From Ptychomitrium polyphyllum (taxonomy: Eukaryota), in the NCBI GenBank assembly GCA_973851085.1, contig OZ316775.1, positions 5,084,001 through 5,148,000 of the forward strand: 64,000 nt of DNA. Reading direction: 5' to 3'. A program made the translations under genes and the position numbers. The notes under the pieces are model-generated. The model was not told the origin of the DNA. It saw only the letters and a program-made list of their open reading frames with translations, and searched no databases. Position 1 is the first letter of the stretch, and every line of letters begins with the position of its first letter. Below are positions 37,013 to 50,263 of this stretch, in pieces.

Positions 37013-39446
37013 TAACAAGGTTCTGAAGTGGGAAATTGAATCGGACCAGTCTGTGTGAAATCAATCATCCTGGTCATCATCCAAGCAATGACTTAGGCAG
37101 CAAGTGAGCTCTGACCTATTAGAAATCTTGTTGGTGCTCGAAATTGGTAAGGGCAGGGGATTTTTAATGTATATCCTCAAAATCTTGAATGTCAACGGTG
37201 TTCGGCTACCAGTACCTCCTACATTACAAGGAGTTTTTGAATCTTTTCTTGTTCATGGATTCCTAACTTTATAGCCTACATTAATATATAAACAAAATTC
37301 AAATTTTCTTCCAACCCGAACTTCAAAATCAAAAAAATTGAAAATTTCAGCCCCTGACCTAAAATTGATTAGTCATGATCTCAACGGTGCCCTTTTCTCA
37401 ACTTTGATCCAATTTTCCCAATCTTTGTTCTATAGATTCTCAATCAAGTCCTCTACAAGTTGAACGGTTTCGATTTTCAGATATCATAATCAAATGCACT
37501 CGAATTTCAAAGATTTGAGGCAGGGACTTAATTTCTAGAAATTTTTGAAACTAGCTTTAGAGTTTAAGGGCTAATGCCTAAACCTCAACCTCCTCCAACG
37601 GCTCTCCAAACCGGAAATCATATAATTGGCAAGCCGCGGTCGCAGACGAACCGACCCACAGCGACCAGGAAGTAACGGAATCTGCAAAGCAGTGTCGGAG
37701 CAGCTTCGCAGATTCAAAGTCGTCTGCGTTCAAGGCAGAGTCGACCTTCGGATCCTATGAAACAGCCGAATCCTTGTTCATGAGGAGGAAGCGCCGAGAA
37801 TGCCACATCGAGGCGTCCCGTGCCAGCCGCTTTGCTTCGAGATTGCAACATTGACTCGGCCCGGTCAGCTCCAAGGGCCAGCTGGCAGCCCTAGAAGCGT
37901 AACCCACGGGATGCTTCAGCTTTATCCAACTCCTTTCGCTGGTTTCGATGTCTGTGTATGGTCATCTTTACGCTGCCACCTCAGCTCTTGAATTCTACTC
38001 CACGTCGGATAGTGTAGGCATAATACACTTCTTTGATGTACTACAGTACTGTAATTTCGTATTCGCACGCATTTCGACGATTGTCGATAATGAGGAGGGT
38101 AGTCCGTGTCGACGGGTTCATGCGAGGAAGGTGGTCGGGTGAGGCTGGGTCCCATTGCCTCACGGTAGGATGAGTAGCGTGAAAGGAGGAAGACTGAATC
38201 TTGGGCTGGGCGGTTTTCTGCTTGGATTCCCTCACTCATGCACTCATGGTTTTATTATAGTGGCTGGATTGGTTCCGATGCGGAACTGCTCTGTGCCACG
38301 TCATAATTCAAGCCTTGAATGGGACCCTACATGGAGTTTTCGAGAAGATGAGAGGGCTGGGGAAGCGCTTTTTGCAGTTTGCTGTTATTTTTCTATGTAT
38401 AGTTGTCTGAGTTCCTGTGCCTGTAACGTGGCGGTGGAAATTTAAATTTGTGGGAAGTGGTAACTGGTTCAGGTACAGCACCCAAAGCACCCACCTTGCA
38501 ACATCTGTGACCTGCAATGAGCCCCCTGGTCGGTGCCGCATATCGGCGTTCGCTAAGCGAGCGCTCCAAACTTCGAAGTCACAGAGTGAAGTGGCATGGA
38601 CTAGAGTGGATCATGTAGAATCATTCTTACTTTAGCCACAACCCCAGCCTCTCTCATTGTTAGACTGTGAACTGTCACTTGTCGAACTATGAATGCTGTT
38701 GTTGTCGCTCGGCTTGCACTCAACTTTCGGATCTCATCACCGCATGCATGCTTGATCGCTATTACACTCTTTCTTTTCTCCACCTTCCGAACTGTTGAAC
38801 AGCGCAGCTGATCAGGTTCGGGTCGAAGCAGCAACACATGTTCTGCCAGCTCTGGAGCAGCCATTGATGTTGATTATTACCATCGATCACAAGTTTCGGA
38901 AGGTTTTGAGCACAACAAGATGTTGACTCTAACTTGAATACTGTGCCGGTGATCAAACTCCGTGGTACTAGCGCGATCTTCCAGCATTGCCGACCTGACA
39001 GAAAAGCTTCACAGAAAGCTTGCAGCTTTCGCCACTGCCCCTGACGCGTGATGGTGAGAGCCACTTTTCGGGCGTATTATTCTCTGTGGGAGGAGTAATA
39101 CCGTTGGAGTGTGTCCATGTGATCGATGTAGTCATCCAGGCCAGCGAAGAAATCGGTTTGATAAAGTGGTAGAGGATTAGGTCAGCTTCCTCTTATTGCA
39201 AGTTCCGCAGCTTTGGCTGTCTGTCTTGTTCCGCAGTCATGGCAAACTAGTCCTTTTTAGTGATGTAAGGAAAGGACGCTTCTGGAGCTTTGTAGTAGGG
39301 TGAGGAGAAAAACTGGTTTATAGGAGCAGCAGGGGTATTGGGACTGGGGGATCGTTTTACAATGTTGGTGAAATGGATGGAGTGATTCTGGTTTGAAGGT
39401 TGCTCCGACCTCGCAGCGTGGGAAGTAGGCTAAAGGAGGTGTGACC

Positions 39447-42400
39447 ATGGTGGCGACCTCGTCATTCATCATCTCTTTGGTTTTCTCGGCGAGCTGTTTT
39501 GTGCTTCTATTTTGTGTGTATATAGTGGCTTCCCGTCGGCCAGGGAATGCCGTCATCTACCACCCACTTCGTATCTTGCGGGGAGAGGATCCGGAGACAA
39601 TACTCAAAGGGCGAGGCCCCTTTTCATGGGCTTTTGAATCTTGGAAAGCATCAGAGGGTGACCTAGTGGATGCGGCAGGCTTGGATGCCACGGTCTACCT
39701 TCATCTCTTCCAAGCAGGTACGGGCTTATCCAAACCTTCCAGCTCGCCATTCTTGAAGAGGTTTACGTCTGAGTACAATGTTCATGGCAATATTTGCACA
39801 ATGGTGAATGATTAACGAAAAGCCAGCACAATCTCTTGAAAACATTCTGCTTAGTGCACAAATCCCAGAGTCTGATGTGGTGATTGTTTGTTTTGTGTGC
39901 AGCGTTGGAGATTATCGTATTGTCTGCCGTTTATTGTATCCCTGTTTTGGTTGGCCTTTCTGCAAGCAATAGTTTCAACATCAAACAAGAAAGAACTGAT
40001 GCCAGAGTCACAAAGTTCAGTGGATTTGACAACTTGAGCATGGGCAACGTCGAGGTGGGCTTTCTTGACAGATTTGACACGGAATAGGTGTCCATATGTT
40101 TAGGCTTGGGTATTCCTGCTCTTGATGTATTGACATTGGTGGTTCTCTGGTAACAATTTATGACGGCATAGTTCTTTATTGGGTCCTACTCTTTCTACGA
40201 TGATGATTTCCGTTCCTGTCTATGTCTGCAATATCAGTTTTCTGATATGCGGCTTTCCGGATCTTGCGCAGCCCGGCAGTCCCGTAATATGGGGATTTCT
40301 TATTGGAACGTTCTGGGTTTCGTTCGTCACCTACTTCGTCTTGTTGAGGTCTTATCGACGGATTATCGATTTGCGTGTGAGGCGTCTGCGAAGGTCTGCA
40401 AAGGCTCGCCCTGAGGAGTTCACTGTCCTTGTTAAGGATATTCCGCCGCCGCCAGCAAATCAAAGCCATAAAGAGCATGTGGATTCCTTCTTCAGAATGG
40501 TTCATCCCGGATCCTATGACAGATGTATTATAATTAAAGACCTCAGAAAGGTGAGCGTGCTGATTATTAGTTTCTGTATGAAGGTTATGGCAGGCAACTT
40601 ACGTATCTTTCTTGACAATTTGATTTGTGTAGAATTCTAGACTTAATGATATTCGTGTTCCTTGCTAACCATCCGATTGATTTGACAATGCTCAGTTGGA
40701 GAAAATTTTCAAAGAGCGCGAAAAGATACTGCGAGAATTAGAGCATGCGGAAACTGTGCTTGAGGAATCAAAGAAGAAGGAGGGCGGTGAGGGAGTTCGT
40801 CCCATGCATAAGATTGGCTTCATGGGCTGTGTGGGCCCAAAGGTGGACACAATAGACTACTTAGAAAATCGAAGTGGACACTTGACTAACCAGTTTGAGG
40901 AGGAGCGAAAGCATGTGCTGCAGTCGGAAAAATCGAACACAGCGTTTGTCATTTTCAACAACCGGCGATCTGCAGCTCAAGCAAGCCAGGTGAAACATTA
41001 TCGGTACTGGAATCTAAATTTTGGCATATCAGCTTTGCATTTATTTGATTATAACATTAGGTGTACTACTCTGAACTACTGTAGTTTTTCAGTGTGAAAG
41101 TAACCTTGCGTTTGCCGATTGATGCAGGTTATGCATGCACTTCATCACCCGTATTGGACCGTGATACCAGCACCTGAGCCCCACGCGTGTGTATGGCGAA
41201 ATATGCACGTATCTGAATGGGAGCATTGGTTTCGGAAGCTTTTTGTCCACATTCCCACCTTCTTAATAGTGGTGGCATATGGAATTCCTATCCTCTTGGT
41301 TGCTGGTCTCTTGTCACTTCAAAATCTAGAGGATATATTGCCGTTCATCAAAGCTTTAACCAGGAACAAGGCTATCCATGACATCTTACAGGTTCTCCTC
41401 CTAACAATTCATTTTTGGCACCTTGAGTTTTCCAGATGCGATATCGAAACTTTCCTTCCTATTCAAATCTTACGGATTCTGATTTAGTTTCAATTGTGAC
41501 TTTTCGGGCACTGACAGAGTTTTTCCATCTTTGCAGTCGGATGACCCAGAAGCACCGAGCCCGGCCTCTTTAGTGAACGGTGATATGACGGCAGCGAAAT
41601 CGGGCACCTCAACGGGGAGACAAGGTGGTGCTGGCATTGTTTTGGGTTATATGAGCCGAATTGAAAGATTTAAATGCAATGTGAGTCGTGGTTGATGTTT
41701 TCTTGGTCAATTTAATCATGAGGTCTAAAACTAACGTCAATTTTTAATTTGCAGGTTTGGTACCCCAGATCATCCTTCTGATCTTTCTCGCATTGCCGCC
41801 AACATTGATGTTTGCTTTGTCAAAGGCAGAGGGTTTTGCATCCCGGTCCCGGATTGTACGATCTGCTTCAGCCAAATACTTCTATATCATCATGTTCAAC
41901 GTTTACTTCGGGGTGACCATCTTTGGGACTATTTTCGCAAATCTTAGCAGCATCAAGAGTATGGTTGTTGAAGACAAGTTCATAATAGCTCATCTAATAC
42001 GACTTCTTGGCTCCCAGTTGCCCCCCGTTGCCATGTATTACATCACATACATTGTTCTCAAGTAAGTGACGACGAACCTCCTTTTTGTGCTCACAACTGC
42101 TACTCTTGAAGGCAGATAGTTTCTGGAGTTAATTCAGAGTGTTCGAGTTCGAGGTATTGAGTTGGGGTATTGCACTTGGGTTGGCAGGTTTTGCATTGGT
42201 TACGGTGTGGAATTGTCGCGCCTGGTCTCCTTAATCAGTTATCATTGGAATCGCAAGTTCAAGATCCAGACAGAGTGGGAGAAACGTGAATCATGGGCTC
42301 CGGGAGCCTTCACATATCACCAAAGCATTCCCAACGATCTTCTCATATTGACACTGGCCCTATGTTATGCTGTCATTGCGCCCATGCTTCTCATCTTTGC

Positions 42401-42964
42401 CTTCCTTTACTTCTTGCTCGGATGGACAGTGCAGCGTAATCAGGTGTGGCATTCTTGTTCAATTATTACGCATGACAGCAGCTGGTCAATGTATTCGTGC
42501 AATTCTTTCTTGATGTTTCACTGTGGGATTAATGAAATACATCTTTCTAATTTCTACAGGCATTGAACGTTCATGTCCCTGATTGGGAGAGCAACGGGAG
42601 TTTGTGGCCGCACATTCACCACCGTATTCTGGCCGCACTGCTAGCTTCACAGATTACAGCAGTAGCCTATTTTGCAGTGAAAGAATTCGTTTGGACGCCT
42701 ATCCTGTTAATTCTACTTGTCCTTACATTCATTTTCCATGTATACTGCAATCGAAAGTTTCGACCATTGATTGAACGTGTGTCTCTCTACATGGCCACTG
42801 AAGAATATCCCGAACTCTCAACGAGCGCCATAGTTGAGGCGTACACTCCTATTTATTTGCAAGAGGGTACTCCAGGAATTGATCGGCGAGATTCCAGCGA
42901 AAGAATTCCCAGTGATAGAATTATTAAAGTTGTAACTTCTCCAAGTCCTGCAGCGGCAGTGTAG
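39447..42964 (+). CDS. OSCA/CSC1/ERD4-family mechanosensitive cation channel (OSCA3/ERD4-like, divergent); exons 39447-39717, 39903-40054, 40272-40550, 40696-40989, 41128-41391, possibly 41537-41624, 41755-42061, 42188-42443, 42560-42964
   Basis: RPGNAVIYHPLRILRG, AGLDATVYL, FDNLSMGNV, PEEFTVLVKDIP, GPKVDTIDY, AFVIFN, APEP..VWRNM, YITYIVLKFCIGYGVELSRL, YAVIAP, RNQALNVHVPDWESNGSLWPHIH. One junction has a phase conflict (see findings). Confidence 0.88.
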
Positions 42965-45900
42965 TTTTTGTTCTCAATACCTTCAAAGATTGTACCATTG
43001 CTAGTCCAGGTCCGATATGAATCGCTTTTACATCCCATTATTATTACTGTTAGTTTTAGCTTTCAAGTGACAGAGTCGCACAATGATGCATCTTGCTGGA
43101 GTTCAATGGAGCTTAAGAACAGAGTACCAGATAGAATAGAACTTCAATTAGCTTCCCCTCAAGTGTCAAGATAGAATCAATTGGACCTGAGCCAGGTATG
43201 ATGGCTTCCTGGAAGAATGCGGAGTGTAGTAGTTTCTTGGCATACCTGACTAGTGACTCAAACTTAGTGGTCTCTTAGTATACTCGCAAATCCGTGAGTC
43301 ACACTGATAAGAGGAGAATATTGTACAATACCCTCCGTTCCGGCTCCTTTTCTGTTTTGAGTCTTGAATGGCAATGATGGAAACCTTCATCAGTGGCCTC
43401 TTTTATCTCCATACGAAGGGACACAAGATTACTCTAGTTGCATTTGAGCAGTGACCCAGTTGTGTAACATTTACATGGGCATGACCTTTCTTTACATGGA
43501 TACTGCAAAATTCCTTGTATATCTCAATTCTATGTTGAGCTGTTTGATATCTTTGAAAGCCTCCTGTAAAATCCAACAGCTTAGTTTCTGGGATTGCAGA
43601 AATTCTGTGGTTGGATTTGTCTGACTTACCTTCAGAAGTCATTTGCTACAAGACTTATGTGGGCAAGTCATGTAGTTGCAAAGTGCACAATTGTGTTTGA
43701 GTGCTGCAGCCACAGGCTCATCCAGACGGGTATTATTGTCATGTATGTTTATTGTGACGTGTCGTTTCAGGTCCTTGAAAGGTGGCCACCACAATAGACG
43801 TACAGAACAGAGCATGTGATGTAATAAATTGGAACTTAGAACATTGACAACAAGAAAGCTGGCATTCACGAAAATAATGGATCAGCCAGAACATGTGGTC
43901 TCTGCTGGTTCCTTGTCAAGGCATCATGTATGATGACTTGTGTGCAAGGAGCTCCTTCTCCAACCCAACATGGTCATATCCCTCCAAGTCACTCAGTGCA
44001 CAAAACCATGGCACCATTCAAGTAGCAATCCTGTCAAGTTTTAGCTCCACTTCCCCTTACATGTCCCACCACAGCCACCCAACTCACCCCAATGGGCCCC
44101 AAGGCATTGTTCCCTCCCCACACTACCAATAATACAGAGAAGATAAACTCATTGTCCATGATGGATAGACCCCACGCACACATGTTCAAATCCAACTAGC
44201 CAGGGTCTTCCTTCCCCTCACACCTGGCAAAGTCAAAGACCAAGTCCCCCACTCTTGGAAACCACCCCATCAACCAACCATCCAAACACATCCATCCATC
44301 AGATGATAAAATTTCCACGTCAGTGATTCGATTTGCCGCTCGCCGTCCTGGTCCCGTCTGGGTCCTACTTCCGATCCCCCATCCATGGACGCACATCCAA
44401 CTCCGTCACGAAACCCATAACCGACTCTTATCTCCGCCTTCCGTACGCACCACGAACCCGAATCTACTGAATCCGTAATAGCTGCCGCCTTTGGGACAGA
44501 CTTCCCAGAATTCAAGGCGCACGCGAAATAAGAAATACTGTATCACATACCAGTTTAATCTATAAGATGCCTACACCTCATCGACATAATCTAGTATACC
44601 ACTATATATCGTCCTCTATATAATATGCTCTTCTAAAGAAAGACACACACAAAGCAAATCTGCACCTGAAACCGTAATTATCTACGCCACGGTACATTTG
44701 CGGAATTGGTTTCTAGGTTTACCATAGATGAAATTGCCCTTCTGATCTGGTTCTCTGAGAGTGAGGAATACACAGAAGTGTAGTAAACCCAATACCGTTA
44801 TCATCTACAAAGGTGTTCATTTTCTCGTTCAGAGTCTATGAAAATCGTAAATAATGGCGCCTTTAGGAGGCGCTGCGCTGAACTGCGGGGAGCGTGAGGG
44901 AGAGCACGTCGTCGCGCCATCGCCGAGCTTGGGAGCTTCCATGTCCTCCGTGTTTGCGTTTCTTCGGCATGTTCTTGCATGCTCACAGAAGGGCAGGGCA
45001 TTGCTGATCCCCGTCTCACTCGCTCATGCTCGTCTTCCTCATCTTTTGGATGCTTTTTTCTTCAGGTTTTGCTCTGTTCTCGGCTTTTGAGCGTCCAGTA
45101 TTGCGTGTCCTGGTTTTTGGGTTCGGGTGTGACTTACGCCAGAGGACGAATTCTCTTCTGCACCAGCTGGATCTTCTGTTTTTCCGGGGTTTCTTCGTTG
45201 CTTTCGGGTGGGTCTGAGCGTGAGTTGGAGTTTTGGTTGTACTGGAGTGCTGCTTTGGTTTTGATGTTATGTAGTTAGGTCATCTTTTAGGGGGATTCTC
45301 CACGGAGCTCTTGCGGTTCCTTGCTGTTTCTTGCGCGTAGTTGAGTGTGGCGGTTTGATCTTGAGCGCTTGAGCAATGGTTTGGGATGTGTAGCGGGATT
45401 CGAATGCGTGAGGTGATTGTAGTTCTTCAGTCTGGATCTCTAATTGGCGTCTGATTTGCGGTGGTTGGTCATGCTTCCTGCCTCGGCCGCCGTGTTCCAT
45501 TGCAGGTTTGACTCTGGCTTATGACTGTTCATCTCGTTTGGCTCTCTGTTCGCTTTTGGCAATTTTATAAACATTGCGAATTAGTGGAATAGACGTCCAA
45601 TCTATATTTAAGGTGAAATTTCTTTTGATAAGGAGGAGCTCCAGAATTCCAGTGTATGACCTATTTTATTGTTGCTGAATCCTGTTTTTCCTAGAGAAGC
45701 TTCGATTGGTGCATTATTAGGGCCGTGTTTGTGGGCACATTTATAACGCACTTGGTTGAAGTTAATCTTTGGCTCTCCTGTCGCGTTCTGTTCTCCTTAA
45801 AGCAGATTAGACTTCGGGGTCATATGTTGTAGTATAACATTAAAGAATTCATCCACATCTTTTCATAAAGAAATCGCAACCTGCGCGTATGCTCATGCGG

Positions 45901-46331
45901 GTTTGAGTCATTTCGTGAAGTTGGTAGAAAGTACTACATAGCTTAGTCTTCTTTCGCGGAAGTGTGGAAGGCATAAGCTGCAGCACTTCAGCTGGCGATC
46001 CTTGTTCTGATGTTCTACTGCTCGAAGAATTTCAGAGCAATTAGGATACCTTACGATAGGAAAGTCTTAATCCACTCTTAGGACATCTTCTATATGCGCG
46101 ATTTGCTATTATGACCATTTTGGCTAATTCTGATTCTTTTTGTCGTGCAGAGAGCAGAATGTTGTGATGAATCTATTTCTCACAACCCAGTTTCATGTTT
46201 GTGTTTTCTTGATTGCCATCATGTAGGTTTATGAGTACATCGATCTGAAACGTGGTATCCTGTCTGGGATTTTGCATCAGAAGGAGTATGTACGATTAAT
46301 AACCACAAATTGCAATTAAGACACCACAAAC

Positions 46332-47187
46332 ATGTCCCAATTGCGGCGAACGATGATCTTGCCAGGTCCTAGAGGGTCCATCATGACTCCGTCCTATTTG
46401 CGAAGCATGGGGCGAATAGGCTGTGAAGTGCAGCATCAACACCAAACTGTTGTGGAGCAGATCCGACTTCCCTTTCGCATTTTTCGAAGACAGTGTCAGG
46501 TGGAAGTCAGAACTATTTCTCTCCGTTTCTGTAACAGTTATAACTGAGGATCTTCATAATTTCTCTCTCCAGCTACCTTGTATATTTTGTGAATATCGAT
46601 TCAGACAGCGAGTAGGAATCCAGGTCTGGCAGATGTATGTAAGGCGTGCACTGTAGACATACTCCGGTCACTCTTTTATCCAGTCTGAGTATTCAATCTT
46701 CTTCCGAAAAATAATTTATATCTTTCCTACGGTTCAGTAAGATGTTTGGGCTATCGATGAGGAGGTTTGTGACATTGTGATGCTGTTGCTGACATATAGT
46801 ACGTGTGTGGCTCCACTCAACCAGGTGGCACTATCCTACTTTGAAGTGATGTCAAGCCAGCCCGTGTTTTTGTACACTTTATGTTGGACTCTGTTGCTTG
46901 CGGCCATTGTAACAATCACAGCATTGAGTTTAGAAGTGGGTTTCAGCGCCAGCCTTTCTCCGTCTATGGACGTTATACAGCAATGCTCAAAAGACATCAA
47001 CAAAGCAACGGTAGCCTGTCAGCAATGCTCCCGGTTGCCTCTTGACGGCCCTAGTGACTACCTTTGTGTTCCTGCACACCTCTTCCAAAAAACAAGGATG
47101 GATTTTGCGGTTCCTCCCATCTTTGCTGGCCTCGTGGTTGCCGCGTCAGCTTTGTTTGTGCAGGGAATGGGCCTTTGGAATCACTAG
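46332..47187 (+). CDS. Small conserved land-plant membrane protein of unknown function (2 TM, Cys-containing loop); exons 46332-46499 and 46825-47187 (alternative start at 46849)
   Basis: PVFLYTLCWTLLLAAIVTITALSLEVGF...RLPLDGP..LCVPAHLF...DFAVPPIFAGLVVAASA resembles an uncharacterised plant family I recall. A phase-0 CAG|GT donor and CCAG acceptor join the upstream ORF in frame. Confidence 0.7.
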
Positions 47188-50100
47188 GTAGTAGAGAGAC
47201 TGGCTCTCCACCGACTCTTGAGGTTGACAACCACCATTTCGTTCCTTGAATCTAATTGGTTTGCGAGGTTATGTTTCACCCAAAATTGGTTGCGAGAGGC
47301 GAGATTTGTCCCATATGATATGTATATTTTTGTAGGAACCAGAAGTGAATTTAGGTGACAAAGGAGAGAGGTGTACTATGCAGGTATTCAGGTTTTCTTT
47401 ACTGCTCGATAGAGAAACCTGTTCGTAGATAGAGTGGAAACCCACTAGTAAAGAATTCACTTGGCAATGCCATCTCCAGCTTCTCAATAGCTGGTCCACG
47501 TTTGATGTGGGTGGTTGCAGGACTTTGTACACTAGTCTAGTATCTCTTACTTGAGTGTTCGTGTGTATGCAAATAACACAGGCCAAAGGCTTGTGCTATC
47601 CGTTCAAATGTACTGATCTTCTGCTAGTGGACATTTTTCGTTGTGTCGCTTGACATTTTTTAGTGACATACAGCAATTAGGGAATCCAGATCGGTGCGTT
47701 CTGAAGCACAAATTCTTTTCTATTTAACCATAAACAAGGTCATGCTTCCCACATTTGAATTACCATCAGACTTTTTTGGAGCCACCAATTGCAAGACCAA
47801 AGCACTGCAACTCACTATTTGCAAAGCAGCAAGCGTTGGGAGGAAGTAGGTGGTGGTGGTTTAGGGTATCATCGTGAGTGGAAATGCATATCGTACTTTG
47901 GATATTGGAAATGTACATGACAATGTTGGGTCACAAAGTAAATATCATTTCAATAATTGTATTAATATCAATTTTGAATAGATGTGTATTCGTAACAAAA
48001 AAGAAACAAAACTTTCTTTTCCATGGAAAATTATCTTCAGAGATAGTACTGCCGGAAATAGCGGCGACTGCTTAAGTTGGTGATTACAGGACAGTTGACC
48101 TTAGTAAGCAGAGACAAAGATTTCAAAATTGACTTCAACATTAAAGTTGCACACCATGCACAACAAACAGTTTGGTAGATTTCTCTCCTCTCGACTTAGT
48201 ATAGCACAAGTGTAATACAGTGTACAAATTCACATTACACTCTAATTCACAGGACGCATACCAGAACGGCTCTCACTCATGTGAATATTTTCTCTATCTT
48301 ACTCACCATTTCCATATCAGCAATCTTTCAATATGCCATCCATTATTCTTTTCCTTGAGATGGATGCAAATTGGACAATCTGCATCAGCGCAAAGTCAAC
48401 ACTTTACCCTCGAGTTGAACAAGGGGTTGAGATTTAAGGCAATTACAAACCTGCCCTGAGAGTGAAATCTTCACACTTGTGAACAACCATATACTTGAAA
48501 GAAATAGCATGTCCTCTGACCTCCAAGGCAGGAAACACATTACCTGCTGTCAAGCTTCACTGTGAAAACTCAAACCTAACCGGATTCTTCATAACAAGCC
48601 ACCGGTACTAGAAAGCAATTTTCTTTCGTCATTAGTACCATGCACCTCTGCCGCAACTTGATTCTAATATCATATCACCACGTAAACCTCACAAATACTT
48701 AGCTCACAACTTCAGTACTAATCACCAGTCTATTGTCACACAAAGTTACAAACTAATGAAAATGCGCTCAAACATCAACCCTTTGACAAAGTTACAAACA
48801 TGATGCATTTAACTAGTCTTTAAAAACATAGTCATTGAGAGTAAAAAAAATGTAGTAAAATCTAACTAGAATTTATAAGCAAGTTACATTTTTCTAAAGA
48901 CATTTTACCATATTCAAAGGTCAAATTTGACATTTTAATGCAAAATGATCAATACTTTCTAAATATTATGCAGCATATTAAATATGCTCTAAAATCCCTT
49001 TTTTTCATTATTAACATAATATTTTGCAAATAATAATTCATATTTTTTTGTATCTATTTTTAAAAAAACTTATGCCAAACATGACACTTGCATAAGATAA
49101 AGCTAGATTTTTTGCAATATTTTTGTTTTTGACAACCTTCAAATAAAACAATGTCAATAAAATACAATATATTAATTGTTCTTTATTAAAAAAATATCTT
49201 TGCAATACAAGCATTACATAGGCCATGGATCTTTCCACCATGTAGAATATGATGTCAAATATATAATTGCAAGAACTGTATTCTACATCAAAGTTGAATT
49301 ATACAATCCAATTTTGCAACAAAAAGAAATAAAATAAAATCTAAAAAAGTCTAAATGAAAAATGTAGAACATCTAAAAAATTCTCATTCCACATGAAACA
49401 CATAAACAAGGGCTCTTGGAGTTTGATGAATAGCATTTAATTTAATGTCAATGAAACTACCAAAAATTTAATAAAAGCATTATAATATTGATGGAAGGTT
49501 GATATACTAGTAGCCGAAATAACAATTTCATCCAAAATTGGAAAAAAATTGCAATACCATTTTTGTCACTTGTGCCACTTACTCACAATTCTAGATAAAA
49601 ACATTGGTGTAGATGATTTGAAATTTAGAGGTAAACCATTAGGCCATTAGACCATTAGACCATCTTTATAAAATGTGTTCTTGAAATATATTGTACAAAA
49701 AAATTTCGTCATTAAGTTTTGAACAATGTTGTGGTAAGTGTAGTTGCTATAAGAAACGCTAGGCCTTTTTGCATTTAGTTAATTAAGTACAAGTTTTTAT
49801 TTTATAATAAAAACTAAAACTTCCAATTACTTATTAGTTATTTCTACATCTTTAATTTCTACTTTCCAACTCTTTTTATCCCCCATCTTAAGAACAACTC
49901 AAGTCTTTATCAATAATTCTTTTTTTTCTTTCTTTTAAATCCGTATTACATATTTTAAAATATCTATTAATTAAAATTTCCTATCCACTTAAGATTTTAA
50001 TAACACAAGTACAAGACATTCTAAGTGCAAGTGGTTGTTAAGACCCATCTCTTCAAAAGAACAACTCTTTTTGCCATTGCTCATAGATCCCCTTTCACTT

Positions 50101-50263
50101 CATAGTTCTATAACTTCCTTACTACAATAAATCTGAACTTAAAACTTTATTTACATACTACCTATCTTATAATAAACATTATATCAAGATCTCAACCTAA
50201 AAAGCCCTTCCAATCATATCCAATGGTTCAAAACATGTACTTCCAAACTCTACTGCTTACAGC

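Noticed and set aside
37700..39400. Many short ORFs upstream of the OSCA gene
   Set aside because: No coherent spliced protein; more likely a long leader/promoter with uORFs.
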